64,000 nucleotides of DNA from Marsupella aquatica (lineage: Eukaryota; Plantae; Marchantiophyta). The stretch's first letter is position 1; the number at the start of each line of letters is the position of its first letter. The stretch lies in the NCBI GenBank assembly GCA_973895155.1, contig OZ316897.1:310001-374000 (forward strand). Direction: 5' to 3'. A model generated the notes under the pieces. It had not been told where the DNA came from, searched no databases, and saw only the letters and a list, made by a program, of their open reading frames with translations. Position numbers and translations under genes: made by a program. Shown here piece by piece: positions 1-19,520 of the stretch.

Positions 1-284
1 TGGAGAAACCAAATCAAAGATTCACATCTTGATTGACAAGTTCAAGCTTGTCTTGTTTTCTACCATTGTGGTCCGCCAGGACGAAGCTAATGGCCTGATG
101 GCATCAAACTGTGGCAACGACCCACATTTAACAATCTACGCATCATTCCGCTTGTCTTCCTGTTTCTTGAAACACATGGATGATATCGGGAGGTTGATAT
201 GAAACCAATGGACTCGCTAATTTCGAAAATGCAGAAAAATGAAATCGTTATAAACCGCGAGCGATAAATACCGTAGAGGCAAAC

Positions 285-3200
285 CTGTATGTAATGTATT
301 GAGCTGCCATCACGCTCCGCTTTCCCCATATCTCCATATATAATTATCGAAACCTGATTACTTCCACCCGCAGGTGGGGTAGTGAAAGTTGCAATTTTAG
401 ATAGTCCCACCCTTTGACTGCCATTCGCAAATAATCTCTGTGAGTTCTTCAACAGACATCTATCGGCGATACCTTAAAAGCAGAAATACGCCGTCTTTGC
501 ATGAGCACAAGTTGGTAATAAACGACAGTAAATCTCAACGTCATTAGGCTTAAATGTTTGATAGTAATAATATTGGCTGTTGATACTCCGTGGAACATAA
601 CTCCGTATAATATTGTCACTCTACTGGATTCAAGGACCATCCATTGTCGTGAAGGAATGATTGCAGAGGTTCTTCGATAGAAATGCGAAGTAATTGGATG
701 AACATTCAAAAAAACACCTGAAGATCGAAGGGACATCACTTGCACCATCTGAGAATGTCTACCCAGATTTGATACACAAGCAACTTTTACGATAATTATA
801 GTCGTATCTTTTGACAACTCACCTCCCGTACTGATAAGAATACTTTGTGCGCGGCGACAGGCCAGTCATCACCGCCGTATGAACGTAGCCTGGATTATGC
901 CACCCAAAATCATTTGCTGCTCCTGGAGCTGCAATTCATAGAACATAAAACACCAACGGATAAATCCTCTAAGTTGTCCGCCGGGCTCACACAATGGTCG
1001 TACCTATTCGCATGACATGAAGCCGTTCGAGGGACAACGTGACAAAACGCACGCGATGATATCCAACAATTGCGAATCAGCCTTGATGCAAGGGTGACAA
1101 ATAGCTGGTGTTTCACTTCAACAGTACCAATTTACATGTAAACTCAGTGTCACAGTGCTGATCCATTGCAGAACAGTATTTCTTGATGGACAATGATAAA
1201 GCTTCGAACACGTACAACACAAATCAGAGCGTGTAAAGGTGCTGACTGTGGAGCTGATCGTTGTCCCACTTGCGTACTGCACTGTTTGAGACTGAGGGTC
1301 TCCACTGACCCATGTCAACCTCATCTGCGTATACACGTTGGCAAACTTGAGAAACAAAAATGGGGATAATTATCCTGACTAACGACATCCTCACTTGGGA
1401 GCGATGAGGAAAGCGGAGGATGCACATCAAAATTTTACCTCGAAATATATTTTTCATTCAAACAATTAAAACCAGAGGGGAGAGCAGATGAAACAACATC
1501 AACAGTTCGACTGTAAGGTGAAACTGCCGTAAGTAGACCAGCACACGAAAAGTCAATCTTATTTCCACCATCCCATGAAGGTGGAAATTTTGTTCCAAAC
1601 GTAGTGACAAATCCTAAAGCTAAGGATTTATCTCTCAGATTTGGATGTTGTGGAATTTCAAGACGCCTGCATTTTTCCGACAACGATGGACCTTAAGTAA
1701 AGTGTCACGATTAATGATTTGTTTACCATCTTAATCTACTCCGACGTTCGCGAGTATTCAAGCCCCATGCTCCACTGCCTCTGCATTTTACTTCTCCTGA
1801 CTTGCATGCCAGAATATTGAACCTACTCCTGCTATCGTCTGACCATCTCGCGTCACTAGATGAAGGGCATATCCAAATCTTTAAGGTGCAGTTCGGAGAT
1901 TGGCAAATGCTAACCCCAAAATGAGACGGACAAAATCTGGCTCTATAAGGCAACAATTAATCCGACTTGTGACGACCTAACAGCACGGAGCTGAATCGCT
2001 ACATCGCTGGCACTATTACGAAACATCGGAAAGGACATGGGAAGGACAAGACCCTCACCGAAGTGCCTGAAGAATCAATACTAGACAGGTGACCGTATAG
2101 AGGCGAGCTGGGATTGGCGAATGACAAGAGCCCTGTCTGTTTAAGGATGCACGGAGCCTGTAGATCATTTGTAAATAGAACGAACAAAATGTCTGTGCGG
2201 ATGTTAATCAAGCGAAATGACACTGAACCACTGCAAGTCTCCACCAAACAATTGCCGAAGGGGTCTGGTACTCTGCACTCGCTGCTGGCACATGACAAAT
2301 AATTGGGGTCGCTGCTCACAAATTTAAACTGCACAGGGAAACACCAATCAGTCTAGCAATCGCTTATTTGGTATAAAACTCGCGGAAGAATAAGATTACC
2401 AAAAATTCACACCCGGCAATCATGTCCACGAAATGCTTCCCAAGATAACCTGCCATGAACCGTTTAGACTGTTTCTTTACAACCGAACACACCGGGTTCT
2501 AAAGAGCCTGTAGTATTCTGGACAATTGTGAAAGTACAGCAGTGGAGACGAGACATTTACTTTGACGGGATAGTGGCAAAGCAATGGCAACTCTGAAGTG
2601 TCTCCCGTGGCCACGTACTGCGCCTCCACCCATGAGCAGTCCTCGATACTGACACGAATCCAAACAATTTAGCATGTTCATGTTCATTTTCATTGATTAT
2701 AGTTGCTTAGGCAAAGCCAGGCGTAGTTCTAGGAGATTTACAGTCCACACAAATTACTCGTTGAATAAGGTGTTCTCAAACTTCGCGCCAAATTTTGCCT
2801 TCAGTAGTGTGTAGGAATTTCGAAGCTAAACTTCGCAATAAAAGCGAGAGCGCGTCATCCAAGCAATTGTAAGAACGACAGATTCCCCCGCAGATTTCAG
2901 AAGCTGAACTAAGACGGAATTGCAACATCAGAATGACCCGAGGAGTCCAGCGAAATGTTTACAGAAGCATACGGGGCAAAATTGTGTAGAATATGCCCTC
3001 TTACCTTGAGTTGGAGGGAGACACAACTGCAACCCAATCATTGTCACTGGGAGATATGACACCGGAGACGTTGACCGTCACTGTCTGTACGTCACTGAGA
3101 GGGCCCGCAGTGTCCAGGGTAAGTTGTAGATAAGGATTGATATCGGTGCATTGCAAAAGCTTTCGCCTGTTAATGGTTCTAAATGAATTCTCCAAATTTC

Positions 3201-3372
3201 CTCCATGTACATCGAATCTGGCGTCGGGTGAAGCACTCCTATGGCCTCCAATGATCAAGGGTTGCAGTTCAACACATTGAATCGAGACCAGCAAACAAGC
3301 CGTCAGTGCAATCCCAAGAGCGTATCTCAAAACACATTTCGCCATCTTGAGGCCCGCATTGGTTGTCTGCAT
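285..3372 (-). CDS. Purple acid phosphatase, nucleotide pyrophosphatase/phosphodiesterase (PAP1/24/27-like) type; multi-exon, 3' part continues beyond the window start
   Basis: Signal peptide (ALGIALTACLLVSIQC), then exons SPSDNDWVAVVSPSNS (~3005-3372), TGDTSELPLLCHYPVK (~2561-2652), FRLINIRTDI..PLYGHLSSIDSSGTS (~2060-2330), MRLTWVSGD (~1215-1325), DFGWHNPGYVHTAVMTGL (~822-930) and FTTPPAGGS..IIYGDMGKAERD (~285-410). GDMG is the first metallophosphoesterase motif. Confidence 0.9.
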
Positions 3373-4944
3373 GTCGTCACATCCTCGTTTCTACGCCCGT
3401 CACATTCAAAGCGCCAGAATCCAATGCTGCTCCTACCAAAAGAAAGTATATATGGGCTGTGTGACCAGCGTGTGCGAACTGGGTAGTAGACTACCCGTAC
3501 GTGCTCCCACCCCTGCGAGCACGACACTAAGTAATTATTAGATACTTCGACGGCGCAGTTCAGAGTCGCAGCACCAAATCACATTTATTTTCGATCCTCT
3601 GTTTAATTCTCAACTCCCTCGGTTTTCCTCGGTACAGAGCAAGTTCAATTTGGGGGACAGGAAGCTCGATTACAGAAACTCCTCCCGTGATGATTGCAAG
3701 AGGCGTGAGAGCGCATCGTAGCTTCATTGCAACTCCAACCCGAAACATGCATCTTTCTTCCGAATTTGCGGTGAAAAGAGTTGTACCGTGAATCGTTCAC
3801 CAGGTAGGCAGGTTCAGCGAACAACCTTTCTCGGAAGGCCCGCAGTATGGACGTATTGGTTGGTTACGCTGATGACGTGGGAATCAAGTCTCCCGCCATT
3901 TGTTTGCTCTGATGAACTTGACCGAAAGAGAGTAACAAAGTTGTCTGAAGGTTGACAGAGATTCCGAAGGAGAACACGTTGCCGCAGACAGTACACAGGA
4001 CGGCGAGACGTCTTTCCTTGCCTTGGAGATCAAAGGACAAGATAATTATACGAAATTGACACAACACGAGTACAGGAGGTCGAAATCGAGTGTTTCCAGG
4101 GAATCCAAGAAGGCAAGAAGGGAGGACCGAGACGGCTTTGAAGCACAGACAGAGCAGTCTTTCGTCGAACCACGGAAGCTCGGAGGACACCATATAGGCG
4201 ACTAGCAGATCTTTCCGGCCTGCAGAATGATTGCAGCGCGGCGTTCAACTCTGAAGAGCTGCGCTGTATCACCATAACTGGAGGCTGTACAAGCGGAGAC
4301 GGAATATTGGACCACCAAATTTATGTAAGCTGTCACAATAATGTCTCGATGCCATAGGACTTAAATTTGAACGATAGGTTGACGTGGAGACCACACCATC
4401 GGAATATGTTTGGAATCTACCCAGTATCTTGATAGGAGCCCATGCACCCCAGTGGCCCTGTATGAAGTGCACTTTTATATTATTTTAAGATGAACTAAAC
4501 TTATTCAATGGTCGAATTTTTCAGAAAGAATAAGTCGAACATAAACTTTCTAGATTATTCATATTGGACTGCTTTTGCAAAGAGAGGACAATCTAAAGCC
4601 GTCGTTGGAGAGTTTCTCCCAAATAAGATTTGGGAATATTCAAAGATGTGTTTCCATTAGGATGCATTTTCATTGGGATGATGGATCTCCATCCCAAGTC
4701 TTTTGTTCAATGAGGGTGATATGGATTTTAGGAAAAGCCTGAATTGTCAACAAGCTTTTTAATATCCCATCCAAGTGCAAGGTTCCCATGGAGACCTCAT
4801 CCCAAATTATGGCCAATATGCGAGCTCCTGAATTAAAGGCTCTCGTTCCTTTTCGGGACCCAAAAATTTTCAAGTTCATTCCAAAACCCAGCATATAGCA
4901 TCTTGGAACATGCTTTATTTTTTGTCTTGTAGTGATTTGAAAGT

Positions 4945-5310
4945 AAATAAAATATGAGAGCATAGAAATGTTGTTATATAAGTAAAATGTCTACCAAGAA
5001 AAACACAGTGACAAAAAAAAGTACAATCAAAATAAAATATGAGAGCATAGAAGTGCTGTTATATAAGTAAAATGTCTACCAAAAAAAGGTACAGTCAAAA
5101 TAAAATATGAGAGCATAAAAATGCTGTTATATAAGTAAAGTGTCTACCCAAAAAAGTACAATCAAAATAAAATATGAGAGCATAGAAGTGTTGTTATATA
5201 AGTAAAATGTCTACCAAAAAAAGGTACAATCAAAATAAAATATGAAAGCATAAAAATGCTCTTATATAAGTAAAGTGTCTACCAAGAAAAGCACAGTGAC
5301 CAAAAAAAGG
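4945..5310. repeat. AT-rich tandem repeat, ~5 copies of a ~67-85 bp unit
   Basis: AAATAAAATATGAGAGCATA(G/A)AA(A/G)TG(T/C)TGTTATATAAGTAAA(A/G)TGTCTACC recurs at ~4945, 5030, 5097, 5164 and 5232. Confidence 0.9.
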
Positions 5311-6287
5311 TAAATGATGCTACTATGTGTGCACTTAACTCAGGGTGCCTTATGAATGACATTTCTTTTAATAAAAACCATAAACCTAGGAAAGAAAAAG
5401 ATGATGAGAATTTAAGAGGCTATGCATTCATGTTCTTCTGCATCATTTCTCTCACTCGTGGTGGTGGAGCCTTTGGTTTCATCTCTAAGAAAACATATAG
5501 GGGTTGCCAAAATAAGTTCAAAACACTCTAGAACATCTAAAACTAAGGGGGTCTAAAAATTAATTAAAAATGTATAGAATACAAAAGCTGCCCCTTGATA
5601 AGGTAGATTGAAATAAAAATACATGACAAAAAAATCTGAATAAGACAAAATCTTAAGTGAGCATTCACATATTGCAGATTCAAAAATGTGCATATGACTT
5701 TAAGATTCCATGACTATTTGGCAATGATCCACACTGCTCGTGTGAACAAAAACGTTTTCCACTATATAAATGTTCGGTGACTTTGTCGCTTTTTCCAATC
5801 AGCCTGTGGTTTTCTCACTTGGATACCTTGCAAGGCCCGAGCTCCTGTTTTTCAACGAAAAAGGGAAACCCTGCCCCTGGAAGGAGCCATGCAACTGGTA
5901 CAATCCTACACCTATTCATTTCTTGACACTTGAATTATTTTGACCATTGGGGGAGGTCTTCAATGCAATCAAGACAAGTCAGCACACATAAAAGGGACAG
6001 CAGCCACACATTAGCTAGATGTCAAGAGTACAGAAAGTCATACTAAGGGGCAGTTTCTACCAACTCCGGAATGGGTAATGGGCAGGACGCACAAGTGCCA
6101 TTTTCTTAGTTTTGACACTTTTGAATCACCGGACAAGTAAGACAAAATAAGGGTCTTCTTTTATTTCCCTCAAACTAGAGTGATTAAGTAGAAACCTTTA
6201 AGAAAGACGGTGTAATAAATTTCCCCTATTGGTCTCATTAAAGAACTATGAAGGGATGAACCACCAGGGAATTTTGACCAGACAGAA

Positions 6288-6587
6288 CCCAGTTTCACCA
6301 AAGGGCAAATGAGGGGTCTGGACCCCATCATCCATCACACCCAGTCATCCCGACCGCCCATTCCCATTCCAGAGCCCACCCCAACCCGACCCGGTCCCGA
6401 CCCGGCCCCCAACCTAAACCCTAATCCCTGACCCGTACCCAACCCGAGCCAGCCCCAAACTGGGGGACCTGCTCACTAAACCGGGGGACTCCAGGGGGGC
6501 ACGGGACCTGGCCCGGGCCGGGGAGGGGTCCTGGAGAATTTGGGACCGGCCGGGGAATAAAGAGGAATATGCATCATTTGGCCCCAG
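6288..6587. mobile_element. Degenerate GC-rich non-autonomous element related to the MITE at 61799-62636
   Basis: Shares CCGGCCGGGGAATA(T)AAG(A)GGAATAT and GGGCCGGG-AGGGGTC motifs with 62460-62550. C-rich left half, G-rich right half. Ends and TSD not resolved. Confidence 0.5.
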
Positions 6588-7124
6588 CTAGAACATACAG
6601 TTAATTCTTGGGCCTCGTAGTGTGCCTGACAAATTCGATTCGGCATAAGTACTGTTAAGAACATTGAGAAGTCCTGCCTTTGGAATACTTTCACCGGCCA
6701 TGTTTTGTTGGTAAAGAAGATCTCCTACAGAAACCTGCAAATGGCTCGTAGATCCATAAACCGCATATATATCGTATTTGTATTTTAGGTGATAGCTCCA
6801 GAGACTGCCGGATCCTCTCGCCGAAACACAATTGAAGTTCATTTCAGACTTCGCGGCCACTCTGCGTGATGGCTGCACATTCTAAATCTATCAGTTGTCT
6901 TGGGGAGGGATGCTGTTTCCTGACAGATTAAGTATGGGGAAAAAGAATGTAAGTCCACCTCTGGAGAACCGCAACTAGAGGCTCAGGCAGTCCTTTGAAT
7001 ATCACCACTGCATTAGGAACAAACAAGCTCATGACGAACTCAGCATTTACAGCAGCTTCGCTTTTGAAGTAATATCAACGCTTCCTAAGGTCTCGCTATA
7101 TGAATCAACTATGGATTCCTCATG

Positions 7125-14203
<7,079 letters not shown>

Positions 14204-16106
14204 CAATCGAGTTCCTGGGCGCGTGCCAAGTCCAAGCTTTGCGAAATGTGGTCAAGCTGTCTTTAGGGCACGAAGTTTGTCGGGCCGCGAGAGAGTGCAA
14301 TGCGAGACGAGACGAGAACAGAAGAGAACAGTAGAGACGAGAAGAGAAGAGACGAAACGAGATGAAATCAAAATCAAACCAAAGGAGGCGAGACGACGGT
14401 CGGAGGAACGCAGGACTACCGAGAAGCTACCGAAAAGCTACAGAACAATCGCTCGCTAGATTTCGATAAACCCGGGCAACGATGGCGAGCCCATGTCATG
14501 TACTCTTGTTTCGGCTGATCCACCGAACAGATTTGTCTTTCGTATTTGGCAGAATCAGCAAGGCGTGTGTTATGAGGGTACAACCAAGAAGTGAAAACCT
14601 CAGTTTCTAAATGTCAAAATTAAGGCATTTCTGGTAAAAAAATTTAAAATCTCACCAGTGGTTAAGGTTTATTAAAACCTGTCACATGGGGTGTTTTCTA
14701 CAGAGTAGTAATGCAGTGTTTCCAGGGAATTGCCGGCTACAATGCCAAGCCAGAACACTCTCCTAGTGTGTAGTGTAAACTCTTGTTCACGGGGCATTGT
14801 GGGCTATTATACCCTGAACAAGGCTAGCTTCACCTCAAGTTTTGAGGGGTTATTATCAAATTTCCTACATTGCTATATGGTGAACACCTTCTACCTATTT
14901 TGTCTTATTAGAAATATGAGTTCTGAATTTTCTTTTAAATCTGGCCTAGTGTATCATTTCACTTTGTATTGGTTTGAATTTAACAAATTATCTAACCCCT
15001 TTAATTATTTCAAGTTCGTGATTTGATATGTTTTATTGTGATAGCTTATCATGTATTTGATGAGATTTTTTTTCTGCCATTCATTCTCTATTGCACGAGA
15101 TGGTCAGACTCACCAGGATGCACCCAGTACAAACACCAGAGATGCCCTGTAGGTTATATGTCCATTGGTGAAAAATTTTCCAAACCTTATGGTTTAGAGG
15201 TTAACAGGTGTCACCTAAATAGTGAATCTTTCAATAGGGCCTAAAAGTAGAGTACAAAGCTAGAGTATAAAGCTAACATACTTCTCTGTCAAACACAATA
15301 TACTATACGGACCTCTAGGGTACATCTTACAAGTTATGTACTTGTTTTTCACCTAAAAAGTGCGGTAAAGGTGTGCATTTTTATTCTATTTATTTATTTG
15401 ATTCACTGTTTTAATGCATTTGAATACTATGCTATAATTGCTATTTGATAAACTATTTAAACTAATTGGTAGTTTACGAAGGATACAATTGACATTATTG
15501 TCAATAAGTTAAAATAGCTGTGTCTTAGAATGAACATGCTATATCAACAATAATACTCTGGTAGCACTAGCATAATACACTAAACCACTACTGTCCATTT
15601 GTAATGGGAAAGTGTCCAAGACACCTTTCACATTTCACTCACTTTTCTCCGTGGCCGTGCCAGTTTGTTCTACAAATTCATGAAAAAATACTTTTAATGG
15701 TTGCTATGGGTAAAACATAGCTTTGAAGAGGCAGGTGTGCTTTAAAGGCCAAAGACATTTATATTTTTACTAATTCAGGTGAAAGTTGAGGAGAATTGAT
15801 AATGAGCCCATCCAAATCTTGATAGTGCATTCTTCTCTGATAATGCCCTCAAAATCACAAAGAGAAACCTTAGAAAGCACTCTTTAGGGTCTGTAGTTCA
15901 AAGTAGGAACTTCAACATCATGCAATTCGAAAAACAGACTTCTTAAGAAAAAACTTAACATGAACTCCCTCATGATATACAAACCCTTCAAACCAACCTC
16001 GTGGAAATTGTGATTCATAGCCTGGGACACCACTTCCAATCTATGAAGAGTTTGAACAACATCTTGAATGGGTAGAAGGTGCTCTCCCTCTAGCATATTT
16101 GGAGAA

Positions 16107-16620
16107 CAGCTTTTTACTAAACTACCCCCCAAACTTGTAGTAATTACAATACTGCCCCCAAAACTAATATATTTAGTATACTGCCCCCCTAACCGTATCC
16201 CGTCACTTTTAACCCAAGTACTTGACCACTGCTGCATTCCGATTGGCCAAAAAGTAACCATAGTCGAGATCCTAAGCCCGGCCTTACCACAGTATCATCT
16301 TCGCCCGGGCCCAAGGCGCAACCGTGCTGTGTTCGGAAGTGCCGCGCTCGCATTGGGGATTGGGGCCTGAAGTGGGACAGAGGGATCAGAACCCCACTCA
16401 GACCCTCCGCTTATCGGGCTCCGTGAAGGCGCCTCATTTTCTTTGGGACAAACGACACCCAAAACGTTGTTTTTTAAGCCTCGCCAGTTCACAGTCGATT
16501 GCAAGTGAACGTGAAAGGCAGGCGCAGCGCTGGGAGGCAGGGATCGGGGCACATTACGAGCCATTTTTGGAGAGAGGGATTCAGGCAGAAGGCAAGCCAT
16601 TTTGGGAGTGAGGGATCGGG
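16107..16620 (+). repeat. Left TIR of the MULE (~514 bp; weaker similarity to ~16715)
   Basis: Reverse complement of 29752-30265. The spurious ORF pairs 16295-16600/29772-30077 and 16324-16611/29761-30048 translate almost identically. Confidence 0.95.
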
Positions 16621-17040
16621 GCAGGAGGCATGCATTTTCGGGAGTGAGGGATTGGGACGGAAAGGCTAGCTATTTCAAGAGGGATTGGGCCCTAAAGTTG
16701 AGCAAGAGACGGAGGGACTCGAGTTGCATGCCTCGAGTTGAAGGCCTTGTTCCCGGCCTTGTTGCCTCAAGTTTTTGGGCCTCGTTTTGATTGGGAAAAA
16801 CTGCAGCCAAACAGCTTATTTTTGAAGGTGTGCTGCTCAATCCTGATTGTTCAACGTCAAGGGCAGGCGCTAGGAGAGAGAGAGAGATCGTGTGAAGAGG
16901 CACAGGTGTGATCTCAGAATGCACATTGAATGCACATTCAACTCTCTTTTGCTTGGCATGCATTTCATTCTCATTTTTTGTTGCCTGTGAATTCAGTCTG
17001 TAATGTCTGTGTTGCAGAGTACATTGCAAGTCGAGCAGAC

Positions 17041-18387
17041 ATGGAATTGAAGACTGGGGAAACATTTGAGGTTGGAAAGACCTTAAGAAATTAATTGTTG
17101 ATGAAGGTGTATCCTCTGAGAGACTCCTAGTTACCCACAAGAAGGATGAGTATAAATGGAAGTTAAGATGCAAACAGATTAGTTGTCCGTGGAGGTTGAG
17201 AGCTACAAAAAAAGCCAGAACCGAGACAATTACCATCACAAAAACTTGCTTGAATCACACTTGTGAGCGGGCTGACCATTACAAGAGGCGAATGCACAGC
17301 AGTTCAGATAGGCTTGCAGACAAAATTATGGACTTAATTCTCCAAAATTGTCAAACTCGACCTTCCACCATCCGAGATACTGCTCAGGCATGGGTGCATC
17401 CTGACATAAAATACCATACAGCCTACGCTGCCAAGCATCGATGTTTGAAGCGCCTTGATGGAGATGAACCCTAAACCCTAAACCCTAAACACTGCCATCA
17501 TATACTTGAGAGAGATCCGACAGCAATTGCTAAGTATAGGGCACCGGTGGCCATCTTGACATGTTATTTGTCTGCCCTTCAGCAGCTAGGGAAGCTTTCC
17601 GTCACTATAGGCTGATGATTGCATTAGATGGGACTCACACAAGATGCATGTACCCTGGAATTCTCCTGCTTACCACAACATTGGATGCCAATAACACAGT
17701 TGTATTGCTTGCATACTCTTGGGTACCTTCAGAAAACGAGGCTAATTGGCTGGTCTTCTTGAATTTGCTAAAAGAAGGTATTCCAGACTTGTGTCAACCT
17801 GGAGTGGTTTTTATTTCTGATCGGGAGAAAGGCCTAACTGATGGGGTGCCAGAAGTTTTTCCTTGTGGACATCCTGCCTACTGTACATGGCATCTTGGGG
17901 AGAATGTACACAAGCATTATGGCAAGGAGATCCGTAAGTTGTTTGAAGCTTTACCATATGCTGTCACTCCTGCCAAATACGAAGGTCGCTTGAAGCAAAT
18001 TGAAGAGAAGAACAAAGCAACAGCAGAATACATTCGAAGGACAGCTGACCCAAAGTTCTACTCTCGAGCTTACTTCCCATCTAAAAGGTCAATCAACTAA
18101 TACATGACCTTTCTAAGTATCTACTGCTAGTTGCATATGCATATAGTGGTTCAATTCTAGGTGTTTTGCATAATACTACTTGCCCTTGATGTGCTTGCAT
18201 TCTTGTTATAGGTGGGGACATGAAACCTCGCAGCAAGTAGAGAGTAGTAACAGGGCACTAAAACCTCAGTGACAAGAGGTGACATTGAATATGTCATGCC
18301 AGATCTGGGATTACATGATGGTAAAGTTTTTTGAGAAGCGAGAGCTTGCTGGTAGTATTACGACTCCATTTCCACCAAACATCATGG
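17041..18387 (+). pseudogene. MuDR/MULE transposase, 5' part (disrupted)
   Basis: Zinc-finger-like RCKQISCPWRL..NHTC; catalytic core IALDGTH (D), FISDREKGL (D), YCTWHL (CxxH); intron ~18088-18210; then ETSQQVESSN (E). Frameshift near 17070, telomere-repeat insertion at ~17467, in-frame stop near 18269; cut by the retroelement at 18387. Confidence 0.9.
17467..17490. repeat. Interstitial plant telomere-type repeat (CCCTAAA)x3 inside the transposase CDS
   Basis: AACCCTAAACCCTAAACCCTAAAC directly after codons RLDGDE; it creates the stop at 17472-17474. Confidence 0.85.
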
Positions 18388-18716
18388 TGTCAACCATTCT
18401 GAGTAGTGTAGTAGTATATCGTGCTATTAGAGTATGTATGTTTGGTATGAGTGCTATTGGAGCCGATAAGGTTCTGTCAGGTTTGTGTGAGAGGGTACTT
18501 CTCACTTGTGAGGCATTGAAAGGTCATCTTTCAATGTTGAGCCTTGGAGAGAGAGGAGCTTGAGTGTGGCTATGCTGGCTGTGAGCTCCGCTTGTGTAAC
18601 GTGGATTCCTTGAGTAGTGCAAGGTGCGTTGGCTTGACATACGTGTGTGATCGGATCGGTGCGGGATCGATGGGGTATTGTTGACCGAGATCGTTGTGCC
18701 GATTGTATGGAGATTA
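18388..18716 (+). repeat. Repeat A1 (5' terminal repeat, 329 bp)
   Basis: Matches 27486-27815 with 1 indel and 3 C/T differences by my comparison. Confidence 0.95.
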
Positions 18717-18727
18717 CATTGAAAGAT
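18716..18727 (+). promoter_or_regulatory. Putative self-priming primer-binding site
   Basis: ACATTGAAAGAT at the A1/internal boundary is the exact reverse complement of ATCTTTCAATGT (18526-18537) inside A1. No TGG-starting tRNA PBS is present here. Confidence 0.6.
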
Positions 18728-18986
18728 CACATTCAAAATCTGTTGTACGGACTGTGCGGATAGAAGTTCGATTGATTGAGTTGTCGACGGTTCGTGGTAG
18801 CTCGGATCGTGTGTTGTTATCGAACAGATCGTTGGTATCTTGACCTGTATCATTGTTGTCCGATCGGCCTGCTTCCCGATCGATGTACAGATCTGTGATT
18901 GGTGACAGGTTTTGAGTTGGAGGTCGATTGATGATTCGTGGAGGAAAGCGAATGTTGAGTAGATGTTGGACAGTGGAAGTCGATCC

Positions 18987-19076
18987 GTGAGGCTTCAGAT
19001 CCGATTGCCGGCTACTGTGAGGCTTCAGATCTGATTGTTGGCTACTGTGGGGCTTCAGATCTGATTGTCGGCTATT
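18987..19076 (+). repeat. Three 30-bp tandem repeats in the retroelement leader
   Basis: GTG(A/G)GGCTTCAGATC(C/T)GATTG(C/T)(C/T)GGCTA(C/T)T x3. Confidence 0.85.
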
Positions 19077-19314
19077 GTTGGACGATGTTGGCAAGGCGCA
19101 GGTGAAGCGATGGCTCTTTTCCTGAAGGAACGGAGCTGCCAATGCCCCGTGCGATGGTATCATCGTTTCAGTGAAAGAAACGAGGGTCAAAGGTGTTGAA
19201 TCAAGCTGCTGCCAATTCTGTGGAAGGGCTGCATTTTTCATGAAGGAAATCGACAGTTTTCGGGAGCTTTTCGTGAAAGAAGTAGTCGTTTTTGGGGTCA
19301 GGTGTGAGGCGCAC

Positions 19315-19520
19315 GAGGTCACCCATCCCAAAAGTGCTCGCGCGAGGCGACGCGTGAGGTCACCCATCCCAAAAATGCTCCCAACCGCGAGCGCAAAGTC
19401 ACCCATCGCAAGCGCAGGCAGGCGCGAGGTCACCCATCCCGGGGCTATTCCGGGCCGTGAGCGCGAGGGGAGGCACAAGGTCGAACGCGAGGAGATCACC
19501 CATCCCAGGGCTATTCCCAG
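19315..19520 (+). repeat. Dispersed GTCACCCATCCC-like motif (x5) in the CpG-rich leader
   Basis: Motif copies at ~19315, 19356, 19397, 19426 and 19493. Confidence 0.75.

Noticed and set aside
4945-5310. CRISPR-like appearance of regularly spaced repeats (also 63545-63860)
   Set aside because: Units are contiguous with no unique spacers, there are no cas genes, and the context is eukaryotic.
16021-16106. Reading frame open across the reconstructed MULE empty site (PGTPLPIYEEF..LENCQHYKKEW)
   Set aside because: Only ~60 codons and no recognisable motif.
16068-16790. ORFs in the MULE arms, mirrored at 29700-30394
   Set aside because: They are translations of the TIR; the duplication reflects the inverted repeat.
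18830-19165. tRNA-iMet PBS-like TGGTATC(A) at ~18833 and ~19155
   Set aside because: Only 7-8 nt match, and both lie more than 100 bp from the repeat end.
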